From IMG/VR virus record IMGVR_UViG_3300028833_003520: a stretch of 64,000 nt of DNA. One strand, written 5' to 3'. Each line of letters starts with the position of its first letter. Positions within the stretch are counted from its first letter, which is position 1. This DNA comes from a virus (Duplodnaviria; Caudoviricetes). Below the pieces are notes generated by a model, which was not told the DNA's origin, searched no databases, and saw nothing but the letters and a program-made list of their open reading frames with translations. Both the position numbers and the translations under genes were made by a program. This document shows, piece by piece, positions 39,113 through 49,200 of the stretch.

Positions 39113-39406
39113 TTATTTCTCCTTGTGTAAATGATAAATGTACAATTCTTTCTTGAGAGAATTGAAGTGTGCAACTTTCGGTGTCCCTGCCATACTAAAG
39201 GATTGGGGTCCTGACCACCAAACCTTGTTGATTTCAGTTGAAAACATTGTTTTCTGTACGTCAACGTGGTGATACCGAATGTTGTGTTGAGCGATGTATT
39301 CATCGGCTTCTTCGAGTGTTTCACAGGAGATTACTTCAGCAGTATCTCTTGTGCCGTCTTCGTGAGGCGGTTCGATATTGATTATTCGAGATTTGATGGA
39401 TTTCAT
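39113..39406 (-). CDS. Hypothetical protein
   Basis: RBS and ORF. Confidence 0.7.
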   Translation of the reverse strand: MKSIKSRIINIEPPHEDGTRDTAEVISCETLEEADEYIAQHNIRYHHVDVQKTMFSTEINKVWWSGPQSFSMAGTPKVAHFNSLKKELYIYHLHKEK

Positions 39407-39418
39407 AGGTTACTCCTG

Positions 39419-40138
39419 TTAGACATACTTATGAGCAAATTCTTCAGCATCTTCTTCAGGGTTAGATAAGAATGAATTGAAAGTTTCCTCGGAAACATAA
39501 GGGTCATTCTGTTCAAGATGCCTGAATTCGTGAGCAATTGTGGCGTGAAGGGCTATGAAAATTTCTCTGTCATATTCGTCATCCAGAATTTCTTCGGCTT
39601 TGAGCATTTTATCGACACAATCTTTGACGTGTCCAACATTGATAACGACAATGTTATCGGCTTCCCAAGTGATTCCGAGACAGTTTTTGTAATCGGGTAA
39701 GTCGTGTAACTCAAGAAGTTCATAGAAATCTAAATGCCAGTCTTCCAACTGAATATGACTTAATTCTTCATTGTCTTTGTCATAGCCGTCCTCGTCTGTG
39801 TATGAGCAGAATACAATGCGATTAAGTGTTTGATAGCACTCTTTTGGTAAAACAGAAAATATCCAATTAGCCATATTATCCAAGTAAGGTTTAACGGTCT
39901 CGTTATTAGCCGCACTTGTGAGTATGATTATTTTCTGTTTGAGCCATTCCTTAGTCATTGTTTCAGCATCGGTGTAACAAATGACGTGTTCAAAAGGTGC
40001 ATCCGTATAATCGTATATAGTGATGGTTTTATCTGTTTCTTCACTAATGAACACACTTTCATTATTGAAAGCCTCATCACAGTCAGGTTCGGCATCAGAA
40101 TGAATAGCCTCAACAATGCGTTTGAAATCATTGCTCAT
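39419..40138 (-). CDS. Putative zincin-like metallopeptidase
   Basis: TIAHEFRH.EQ followed by EEDAEEFA. Confidence 0.65.
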   Translation of the reverse strand: MSNDFKRIVEAIHSDAEPDCDEAFNNESVFISEETDKTITIYDYTDAPFEHVICYTDAETMTKEWLKQKIIILTSAANNETVKPYLDNMANWIFSVLPKECYQTLNRIVFCSYTDEDGYDKDNEELSHIQLEDWHLDFYELLELHDLPDYKNCLGITWEADNIVVINVGHVKDCVDKMLKAEEILDDEYDREIFIALHATIAHEFRHLEQNDPYVSEETFNSFLSNPEEDAEEFAHKYV

Positions 40139-40166
40139 TGTAAGGTCTCCTTTATTAGTGTTAATG

Positions 40167-40201
40167 AAAAAAAGGGTGCAACTATTTATAGTTACACCCT
40201 T
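40167..40201 (-). terminator. Intrinsic terminator
   Basis: aagggtg.aactat / atagtt.caccctt stem with U7 on the minus strand. Confidence 0.75.
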
Positions 40202-40227
40202 CGACTCTTTTGGAGTTGTATTTTGTC

Positions 40228-40626
40228 TTATAAAAGAAGTTTCTCATATTCATTGATAATCTCTTTCATAGAAGAGATTGAAAGGCTCAGTACGTAGTCA
40301 CCAAAGTGCATATCGACGTGAGGTTTATCTGAAGCAACGATATCTACTTGTCCTATGCCGTCTATAACGACAGAGGTGTGAGATGCATTAGACGGGGTTT
40401 TAGGCAAACTTGTGTCTATACCAAGTCTATCGAGCAGTTCAATGAATGTGAGTCTTTTTGGGACAAGTGTATAAGGTGTACCGTCTAAACAGACATCAAA
40501 GCAAATGTCGTCGTTTGCAGGTAAATCGGGATTATCACTGTTCCAAATCTTTTCGATGTCACTGGCTTTCTCGAAAGTCCAGTTGATTGTTACGTCATCA
40601 ACATTGATAGAAGAAAAAGTAATCAT
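40228..40626 (-). CDS. Hypothetical protein
   Basis: RBS and ORF. Confidence 0.75.
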   Translation of the reverse strand: MITFSSINVDDVTINWTFEKASDIEKIWNSDNPDLPANDDICFDVCLDGTPYTLVPKRLTFIELLDRLGIDTSLPKTPSNASHTSVVIDGIGQVDIVASDKPHVDMHFGDYVLSLSISSMKEIINEYEKLLL

Positions 40627-40665
40627 AAGTAGAAATTCTCCTTTTACCGATATTTATTCGGAAGA

Positions 40666-41520
40666 TTACTCTTCGTCAAATTCTTCAGAGCCGTCAAAAT
40701 CTTTGAGTTTGACAGGCATAATGTCATCAATGGTGATGGGAGCCTCTAATACCTTGGTGCCAAGACAATGAGGACAATGACCACATCTTGTGGGTTCTAC
40801 AAGTCCTGTCTTGACCTGAATGACACGCTGAATATTCTGTCTGACATATTCAAGTGCAGCATCGAGGTGAGGCTGGGTGACTTCAATGATGTTGTAATCG
40901 GTAATCGTTTCTTTGGTTCCACAAGCAATGTAGAACGGGAGACGATAACCTGTGTTGATTTCAACTATTTTCTGATAGATAGCACCCTGAATGTCGTAAC
41001 CCCAAGCGTGAATGAAGTCAACTTTCTGATGGATATCTTCAATCCAAATAGGCTTCATATCCTTCATTATCTTAAGGTCAACAATCTTATCACCTGCGTG
41101 ATAAGAGTCTATTTTGATTTTCCAATCAACGCCAAAGAGGGATGCGGTCATAATGACCTGCTTATCTCCTGACATATACTGCTTGAAGAGAGGGTCTCTT
41201 TCAAGACGGTCTATGATAGCCTGAGCATTCTTAAAGTCAGCCTTTAACTGTCCTTTAGTTGCTCCTGTTGACGAATATACGGAAGGATTGTTCTTGAGGA
41301 ATTCATCAAGAGTACCTTCGAAGTAAGAGTCAATGAATGAGCCAACAAGTAAGGCAGTGGTAGTCGGCTTGGGAATGACACCAGTGTACTTTAAGTACGC
41401 CGTTTCTTCGCAAGAACGCTTGACGGTATTGCCTGCGAAATCCTTGAACTGTGAAACGGACATATAGTCACGGTCTGCTTCAGGCGAGAAATAGTTCTCA
41501 TTGGTAAGTGCAATAGGCAT
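40666..41520 (-). CDS. PD-(D/E)XK exonuclease, DUF3799/RecE-like
   Basis: LTNENYFS, YMSVSQFK, KIKID, IVDLK, YDIQGAIYQ, C-terminal CxxCxxC; start MPIALT. Confidence 0.85.
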   Translation of the reverse strand: MPIALTNENYFSPEADRDYMSVSQFKDFAGNTVKRSCEETAYLKYTGVIPKPTTTALLVGSFIDSYFEGTLDEFLKNNPSVYSSTGATKGQLKADFKNAQAIIDRLERDPLFKQYMSGDKQVIMTASLFGVDWKIKIDSYHAGDKIVDLKIMKDMKPIWIEDIHQKVDFIHAWGYDIQGAIYQKIVEINTGYRLPFYIACGTKETITDYNIIEVTQPHLDAALEYVRQNIQRVIQVKTGLVEPTRCGHCPHCLGTKVLEAPITIDDIMPVKLKDFDGSEEFDEE

Positions 41521-41542
41521 TGGTATTCTCCTTTTCTTTATG

Positions 41543-41998
41543 TTATGTAATCTTGCAAAGCGATTGAATGATGTTTTTCGCTTCTTTAACGGTGGAAATG
41601 TTGCCATCAATGAAGGTAACGTCGTTATCTAACATCAATTCGAGGAATTTGACTTTGATTTTTGGAGAAACATCAAGCCCGTAAAAATCGTTTACGGGAA
41701 TTGAAGTAAAATCTCTCACAGATTTGTAGTTATCTATGATGTTAGAAACGGATTGCATTCGCATAAAACCTGAGCCTATCAGACTCTCGAATGATAGGTC
41801 GTCAGAATAAGGAGACTGAGTAAACTCAGCCTCCGAATTCTTAAAAACTGTTTTTGCGAATTGTGTAGGAATGTTGAATTCCTTTAATATGTCTTCAAGA
41901 CGAGTATTAGGGTTCTTCTTTGCTTTTCTTAAAGCGTAAACGAGTTGCAGAAGTTCATTGATAACATAAGTGTAGAACTTATTATCGTAGTTTTGCAT
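41543..41998 (-). CDS. Hypothetical protein
   Basis: RBS and ORF. Confidence 0.75.
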   Translation of the reverse strand: MQNYDNKFYTYVINELLQLVYALRKAKKNPNTRLEDILKEFNIPTQFAKTVFKNSEAEFTQSPYSDDLSFESLIGSGFMRMQSVSNIIDNYKSVRDFTSIPVNDFYGLDVSPKIKVKFLELMLDNDVTFIDGNISTVKEAKNIIQSLCKIT

Positions 41999-42021
41999 AG
42001 ATTACTCCTTTGTAGTGGATG

Positions 42022-43053
42022 TTACTCAGGGTGACAGACGCTACAAGGTTTATAACCGTCCTCCTGAAGACCTTCGAATGAGCGAGTTGTATATGTGATA
42101 TTGAGAGGGTCAATATCATTGATGCAGGAGCAGCCAGGAGTGTGAATGGTCTGAGTGCTCTCGTCGATTACATAGTTATAAGCAATTGATGTCTCTGACG
42201 GTTCAGATGATGATGTGTCTGTTTCAGATGTGCTTGTGGACTGTGTGTCATCAAGCGTAGGACCATCATAGTCAGGAGAAATTGCGTTGTCGCCTGTTTC
42301 ATAATCAATGACAACCCAAGGCTGAACATTGTAGGCGAAAATACAGAACTGTACACCTTTTCCGTTATCTTCTACGGAGTAGGCTTCCATAAGGACACCT
42401 TCTGCGACAAGGTTTTCACCCTTGAAGATAGGTGTAACACGATACATTACGTGGTTGTTAGGGTTTGCGATTAAATAATCGTGCACTTCATCTTCATAAG
42501 GGAGCATACCCTCAATGTTGAGATAACGAGTGCCAGTAATAAGATTCTTTTCATTAGCATTTTCGCCTGAAAGCATATAGGCGATTAAGTGGCAACGATT
42601 ATAGAGATAGTTGCCGTCGATTAAACCAGGATATTGATTGTAATTGGCTGTATGCCATCCTGAAGGCTTTACATTACCAATAGAGCCACGCTCTTCGGTA
42701 GGCATTAAGTCTGTGCCAATGCAAGCGAATGCAACGCCGCATCTATTCAAATTATCGAGTTCTGAGTAGGACTCAAATGAAGTTGTTGTAAGTTCATCGG
42801 CTGTGAAATAGGGAACATTATCGTTTACCTCAACAGACGGTGAACCAGAATAATCGGATGCCTGTAAAGGCGGAAGTCCTCTTGAGGATTCAACTGCAGA
42901 ACTGCTTGAAGGCTCCGATTCATTGTGACTTTCTGTTGTTTCTAAAGGCTTGTCAGGAACGGAAACAGAAGTAGGCTTGGTATTCTTACAACCTGCAAGG
43001 AGCATCACGGTCGTAAGAACGAGTGCGAGTGTTTTGAAAAGTTTGCGATTCAT
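42022..43053 (-). CDS. Lipoprotein DNA/RNA non-specific endonuclease (EndA/streptodornase-like) with C-terminal Ada-like metal site
   Basis: Lipobox LAGC; LD.L.R, P.GW, YNRCHLIA, NLITGT..LN, YRVTP; H..C...C..C. Confidence 0.88.
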   Translation of the reverse strand: MNRKLFKTLALVLTTVMLLAGCKNTKPTSVSVPDKPLETTESHNESEPSSSSAVESSRGLPPLQASDYSGSPSVEVNDNVPYFTADELTTTSFESYSELDNLNRCGVAFACIGTDLMPTEERGSIGNVKPSGWHTANYNQYPGLIDGNYLYNRCHLIAYMLSGENANEKNLITGTRYLNIEGMLPYEDEVHDYLIANPNNHVMYRVTPIFKGENLVAEGVLMEAYSVEDNGKGVQFCIFAYNVQPWVVIDYETGDNAISPDYDGPTLDDTQSTSTSETDTSSSEPSETSIAYNYVIDESTQTIHTPGCSCINDIDPLNITYTTRSFEGLQEDGYKPCSVCHPE

Positions 43054-43141
43054 AGTGTTTGTTGTCCTTTCGTGTTTGAATTGCGTGGTTGTATGTGAGT
43101 GAGACAGTATTCATCCTATACTGCCTCACTTATTATACATA

Positions 43142-43849
43142 TTACCAATCTACCGCAATGTCAATCCCGTAAGGATAGTCGCTGACGAAGGAACCCGTGT
43201 CAACGACTATTGCTGTTCCTAATGAAGTTTCGAGAATAGTGCCTTTAGGTCTTATCGAGAAGTTAGCGGCAACCATTATATAATCGCCTAACATCTTGCA
43301 TCCATCGTCCCTTATCCAATAAGGGTATTCTTCTTCAGAGTAACCTAAATCTCTCATATATTGAACGATTAAGTTCATATTGAGATTATAGAAGGTTTCT
43401 CTGCCTGATGGACCATCGAATACTCCTAAATATTCGGTAAGATGTTCTTCCATAGGACCATTGATGACGGGAGATTCCGTCAATGTTGCTGCAGACATAT
43501 CTTCTGAAGTATCTTCAGAGGATGATTCTGCGGTAGATTCTTTTGGTTCTGTTTCAACCGTTGTGGTTTCGGCAGGAACCATATTGGTTGTTTGAGCATA
43601 CGACGGCACTATAGCCATATTTACAGTAGTAAGTCTTGTAAAAGACGGCGTGGGTTGTGCTGTTCGTATCTCGGTTTGGGAGGTTTTGGTTGAAGTGCTA
43701 ATGACGATATCGTCATCAGCCTTAGTTCCAATCCAGCCTAACGCATAAGAGCCTTGTAGTATTATAGCCGTCATCAGAAAGATGTTAATCGGATAGAATA
43801 CATAGGCTCCGAGAGGCGATAGCCTGTACCTTCGTTTGATTTTCTTCAT
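43142..43849 (-). CDS. Membrane-anchored protein with 3D/DPBB-like cell-wall domain
   Basis: N-terminal TM, T/S-rich linker, MVAA...G...VVDTG...IDI. Confidence 0.6.
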   Translation of the reverse strand: MKKIKRRYRLSPLGAYVFYPINIFLMTAIILQGSYALGWIGTKADDDIVISTSTKTSQTEIRTAQPTPSFTRLTTVNMAIVPSYAQTTNMVPAETTTVETEPKESTAESSSEDTSEDMSAATLTESPVINGPMEEHLTEYLGVFDGPSGRETFYNLNMNLIVQYMRDLGYSEEEYPYWIRDDGCKMLGDYIMVAANFSIRPKGTILETSLGTAIVVDTGSFVSDYPYGIDIAVDW

Positions 43850-44151
43850 TCATTTACCTCTTTATCGTCTATTAGATGATGTTTGATGAAAATCTCATCA
43901 ATTTCTTCTCTCGTATGTGGTACATATACGTGGACTCCCTGCTGTTCCATTCGACGATGGATGACTCGTTGTTTGGGAGAAGGTTGCCCTGTTTTAGATT
44001 TAGTCTCAATAAAGATGGTCTGACCTCTCGCTATGAGTATTCTGTCAGGAACGCCTGTTTCTGAATCAGAATTGAACTTATAGCAGAGATAGCCGAGTTT
44101 CTTTGCCTTTTCGACAAGATAGCCTTCAACATAATGTTCGGCTTTACCCAT
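43846..44151 (-). CDS. VRR-NUC domain nuclease
   Basis: E..VE, GVPDR, FIETK, SPKQ; start MGKAE after GGAGG. Confidence 0.88.
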   Translation of the reverse strand: MGKAEHYVEGYLVEKAKKLGYLCYKFNSDSETGVPDRILIARGQTIFIETKSKTGQPSPKQRVIHRRMEQQGVHVYVPHTREEIDEIFIKHHLIDDKEVNE

Positions 44152-44247
44152 TTTGGTTAGTCCCTCCTTTATATTGAATAAACCTGTAACCTTTTCAGAA
44201 GTTCTGTGCAAGAACTTTGTAAAGGGCAGGTGCAATATTATCGGCAA

Positions 44248-44901
44248 TCAAGGCTCTGCCTTGTTATAGATAATGATATGGAAATTGACAGAAGCACCTG
44301 AATCTTCCGAGAAGGCTTGGATTTCAAAACCCGAAGGGATTTTTAAGCCATTAGCCGTTGTCTCGGAATCAGACGAATAGAGAATATCAATCTGATAGGT
44401 TACTTGTATATGCGACTGCTCTACGAATGCCGCCAACTCGTCAAGGATGGGTTTAAGAGCATTTTCGTAGGTATAGACTGTGGCTATACTGTAATTATCA
44501 GGCGTATTAGTCGTGAACTGCTCTCCTGTTAAGGCAAATACAACGTATTTATCAGAAGTAAGATAAGGTGCGAGATTTTCGCCAATTTTCTTTTTTTCTG
44601 GAGCAGGACCGATTTGATTGTAAGCAAGTCTTGCGATAACCTTATTCTCTTGGAATATGATTGTCGGTGACGATGGTAACTGACTGAAATGTAATCCGTC
44701 TTCCAAGTGGAATAGCGAAGCATCCTCTGGAAGTTTCAACTGAAAGTGAATATCAGGATTAGTTGTTTCAGGTGTTGTCGTAGGAATAAAGAGTTCATAG
44801 ACCTGTTTAGTCGGGTTAATACGAGTCACAGCAAGGCTTGTTACAATGATACCTATCAGAGCGATAACTGATATGACGTACCAAAGTTTTCGAAATGTCA
44901 T
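44248..44901 (-). CDS. Membrane-anchored degenerate paralog of the non-specific endonuclease
   Basis: C-terminal half aligns by eye with 42022-43053; lacks the RCH motif. Confidence 0.6.
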   Translation of the reverse strand: MTFRKLWYVISVIALIGIIVTSLAVTRINPTKQVYELFIPTTTPETTNPDIHFQLKLPEDASLFHLEDGLHFSQLPSSPTIIFQENKVIARLAYNQIGPAPEKKKIGENLAPYLTSDKYVVFALTGEQFTTNTPDNYSIATVYTYENALKPILDELAAFVEQSHIQVTYQIDILYSSDSETTANGLKIPSGFEIQAFSEDSGASVNFHIIIYNKAEP

Positions 44902-44933
44902 ATCATAAACTCCTTTCTTAAAGGATTTGAAGG

Positions 44934-45347
44934 TCACTTTTCGTGAACTTCAATGTCATACCATTTCTTCATCTTTGCAGCAATTTCTTTGTTCAAATGC
45001 TGCTTAACAGTCCTTGTTCGAGTTGAGCCAGGGAAATTCATTACAGGCTTATCTATTTGGCGAGTAATCTCGATAGAGTTATCCTCGTAGATAGTGTAGT
45101 AATAGAATGTACCTCTCTTCGATACAAGAGCACTGTTGATAGGATATGGCTGTTTTGTTTTGAGACGTGCTTGCATATAAGTGTCAAAACATTCGGAAAC
45201 GATACCATTGTCAATGATGATGAAACGATATCCTTCAGGGAATTTCGCTGTAATCAGCGTTTCACCTGAATTGACGGTATCAATCCAAATGATAGTGGCA
45301 TTCTTATATTTCTTGCTAAACAACTTGCGAATTTCTTTCTCGTTCAT
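44934..45347 (-). CDS. Hypothetical protein
   Basis: RBS and ORF. Confidence 0.75.
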   Translation of the reverse strand: MNEKEIRKLFSKKYKNATIIWIDTVNSGETLITAKFPEGYRFIIIDNGIVSECFDTYMQARLKTKQPYPINSALVSKRGTFYYYTIYEDNSIEITRQIDKPVMNFPGSTRTRTVKQHLNKEIAAKMKKWYDIEVHEK

Positions 45348-45435
45348 AAGAATACTCTCCTTTCATAGTTTTTAAGCATAAATATACACAGGACGAAATG
45401 CCCTGTGTATAAAATGCAATGCTTATATGTAGTGC

Positions 45436-46149
45436 TTAAGCATTTGTGCCGTTAGGCGGTGGCGAGTTATCGTCACCCTTGTCCTTATTCCCATCACCAA
45501 ACAAATCATTGAATATTGAATCATCGACTTCCATATAAGATGCTTGTCTTTCTCGACGTTTTTCGTCAAAATACTTATTCAAGAAATCTTTGATTTCACA
45601 TCTTACATCTTCAGGAAGGCTGTTGATTTGAGTCATTATGTCTTTTGCCATATATTTAGCGACTTGGCGTAATTCTCTATCAACGGAAGATGACGTAGAG
45701 ACTGTAGAGATTTGTTTGACATCGTTATCCATTAACTGGGATTTGAAGTTACCTTGTTTATGTGTTGCAGAATAAAGTTCGATAATACTTTCATCTTCCA
45801 AGATATGCACAGGAGTTTCCTTTGCGTCTGTTAAACAAGTGGATGTTTTGAGAGGGTCAAGAACAATAGATTTTCTATCGTTTATAGCAGATATAATTGC
45901 TTCTCTTGGGTCATTTGCTGTGACCTTGATGTAACCCTCAACAACGAACTGAACAGGAAGAATGTATTCATTCTTCTGCAAAGGAATTTTTGTTATGCAG
46001 GAGATAATATAAGTCGGTAAGATAGTGCCAACTTGTCTCATTGCGTCCTCAAGGGAAACACCTTTATCATAAAGACGCTTTATTTGGTCGCAATCAGATG
46101 TCATCATATCTTTTAGACTGCTGTAAACAAGTTCTGTTAAGTCGTTCAT
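45436..46149 (-). CDS. Hypothetical protein
   Basis: RBS and ORF. Confidence 0.75.
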   Translation of the reverse strand: MNDLTELVYSSLKDMMTSDCDQIKRLYDKGVSLEDAMRQVGTILPTYIISCITKIPLQKNEYILPVQFVVEGYIKVTANDPREAIISAINDRKSIVLDPLKTSTCLTDAKETPVHILEDESIIELYSATHKQGNFKSQLMDNDVKQISTVSTSSSVDRELRQVAKYMAKDIMTQINSLPEDVRCEIKDFLNKYFDEKRRERQASYMEVDDSIFNDLFGDGNKDKGDDNSPPPNGTNA

Positions 46150-46230
46150 AGATAATCTCCTTTCTATGAAACACGGGTTATATGCTTACCCTCTGCCTGT
46201 AGTATATCAGACAGAGGGAGCACGAGTTAC

Positions 46231-49200
46231 TTAAGAGTTGACAATTTTGTCGATTTCCGTGAGGATAATAGACTGATTGTCCTTATAATCAACCAAGAGA
46301 GCCTTGATTTTATCAAGTTTCTCGCTGGCTGATAGTTCAGCAATGGCTTTGTTGACGTTTTCGAGAGTATTCTCTTCGAGATTGTCACTTGCGATGTAAG
46401 CGTATGTTTTCTTATCTTCAGTAGAAGGTTCTTCAGTAGAAGGTTCTTCAGTAGAAGGTTCTTCAGTAGAAGGTTCTTCAGTAGAAGGTTCTTCAGTAGA
46501 AGGTTCGCTTTCGACAATAGGTGTAACTGCCTGTTCTGTAAGAACAAGAGGCTCATCTATGTCGATAGGCACATACATACCTGAATCAGTTGTAGTAGAA
46601 GGAACTTTTTCAGTTTCTTCGCTACTATCAGGGCTGACAATACTCTCAGGTTCGTCGTCTAAAAGACCGTGCATTTTCCAGATACCCATCTTCTCTTCGA
46701 GAGTACCATTGTCCATAACTTCGATTTCTTCAAGAGTACCTTGGCTACGGATATAGTCTTCAGCATAAGAATATGCTTCCTGTTTATCACTTTCTTCTTC
46801 TATTCCGTCACTAACACTGGGTGTTCTGACGAAGGTAGCGAATTCAGGTTCAGAAGGTGAAGGCTGGTTCTTTTCTTCTATGATGGGTTCTTTTACTGTG
46901 TTGACTTCAACTGCAGGGGTTTCCTCTTTCTTCTCCTTCTTCTTCTTTCCGCCACCTCTCGGCTTGACAACGATACCTGCAGGTATCTCATCAGGCGGAG
47001 TTTTGTTCATCCAACTTGACGTAAATGCGTTTCTCAATAAGTAGAGATATTTATCTATGTCAAGGTCAGCAATGATGTCGTCAAGACGGCTTTCATCAAG
47101 GTAGTATAAGTCGCCATTTTCAATGAGGACTTTCCATTCAACTTCGATGTTGGTAACCTTTGAGAATGCGGCTTCGGAAGTAGAAGGTATCTCATTAAGA
47201 CTTACGCCGTTAGCACTAAGGATTTGCAGAGCAATCGGGTCGTGCTGTTGCAGACGCTCGTTATCTTTTCTACGCTTGTTAATCATAGCAGGCGTTAAAG
47301 CCTTTGCAGTTGCAGAAGATAATCTTACAGTATTAGGCACATCGGACTTTACAAGGAAAATACGATTATAATGTTGCATCATAATGTTTTCGTTGTTGTC
47401 GTTGATACCAAAGATGTAAGTCATCGAGCCAGGCGAAGATGCGATAACATTCTGTGCGAGAGTTAAGAACTTGGTCTTCTCTTCTCTTGTATTTGTTTTA
47501 GCAAATGCAGATTCAAGAATCTTACGACCAACTTCATCATCAAACGGTAAGTCCATACCAAGTGTCGGTGCTGCACGGAGTGCTGCTACAACGAGGTATT
47601 CTGCAAGTGCCCAGTCAATGAGAGCAGGATGTGAGAGAGCCTTAGTAGGTGTAGGACCTTTGCGACAGCCAAGAGTACCACCTGAAGCAGACTCAATCTC
47701 GCCTGTATCGGGATTCATCTCAAGACGGTTGTTACTATCTTTAGAGATGAGGTATGTAGGCTCAGGCTCAATCTCAACACCAATATCAGCAGACTCCTTC
47801 TCAAGAAGAGGGTTGTTGATAGAAGCGTCAAGAACGGAATAAAGACCATCGGTATTTGTAGATGTAATCTTTGCACCTGCGTAGGTCTGTGCCTGACCAA
47901 TACGCCACGAGAACAACTGACCGATAATTCGCATTGAAAGAATGGCATTGTTCATTCTGATGTTGGTTTCGTATGCTACGTCACCTGCACCTGATGCTGA
48001 ATTGAGGATAAGTTTCGTTCCTTCACGAAGGACACTATAAAGGTCTCTTTCTTCCTTAGGAAGTGACTTATCTTTCATCAACTTGCCGTATTTCTGCTTG
48101 TTATCGAAAATCTCGGCGTAGCGGTCATAACCCAAGCCAGGATTGTAGAATGCTTCCATCATTCTAAGCAGGTTCGGATAGTATGATGTAAAGTCTTCGT
48201 GGTTTGTAGGGTCAGCCGAAGTATAGGTGTAATCAGTATTAAGTTTCCATCCTTTCTTGGGGTCTGAATCTTCCTTAAAGAGCATTGGCTCATTATCTTC
48301 AAACCTCTTCCATTCTGCCTGTTTCTTGGTAGCACCAGATTTAATGAATGCAGATGAAGGAAGCACTCTACCGTCAGGCATAGTGATTTCCTTTGCGATG
48401 TGCAAGTCAACGGGGTTTGGATATTGCAGTTTGGCAAAGTTCAAATCTGCCATTTGGCGTGTCCAAACTTCGTGGTCATACTGATACAAAGCAAGGTTGC
48501 ATTCTGCTCCGTGAACTCCACCAATGGAGAATACAGCAAAACAAGTTGACTGCGAGCCGTCAGCATAGAAGTAAGGCAAACAGGTGTTTACCTTAGGAAT
48601 ATCCTTGGGCTTGTAAGGTCGTAATTCAGGCGGTAATACGCCGTTTTCATCACCGTAGTCTTCAAGATAGTTCTTACCTTCGTTGAAATTCTTACCTTCA
48701 AAGGCTTTGTAATAGTTGTAAACATTATCAAACCTTGCTCGAAGTTCGGGCTGTGAGAATTTAGCGTAGAAGAACTTCTTGGCTTCGTCGAGGACATTAA
48801 CACGAGTAATACCAAGTTCCTTGGCTTTGTTCTCTGACGGGTACATAAAACTGACTGTAGGAATATCCTTCAAGTGACCGTAAGGACAGAGAGCCTTAGC
48901 AGCGAACTGTGAAGACGAGGAGTCAATGCAAAGTCTCCACTTGCTGACCTTGGAAGGCTGAATATCAGGCTTATACTCGTCTTTCTTCTTTTCATAGATA
49001 AGTTCGGGATAAGTCTTAAGCAGTCCACGCTTCAATACGAACTGACCTTGATAATAAGGGTGCTCGAAGAGCATACCGAGATTAACGCAGTCGGAGATAT
49101 TGTAAGCAATAAGGTCATAGAGTTCGTCTATGGTCTCTATAGTAGTTTTATTCTTCAACTTATCAGATTCGAGAATCTGATAGCCAAGCATACCAAGCAA

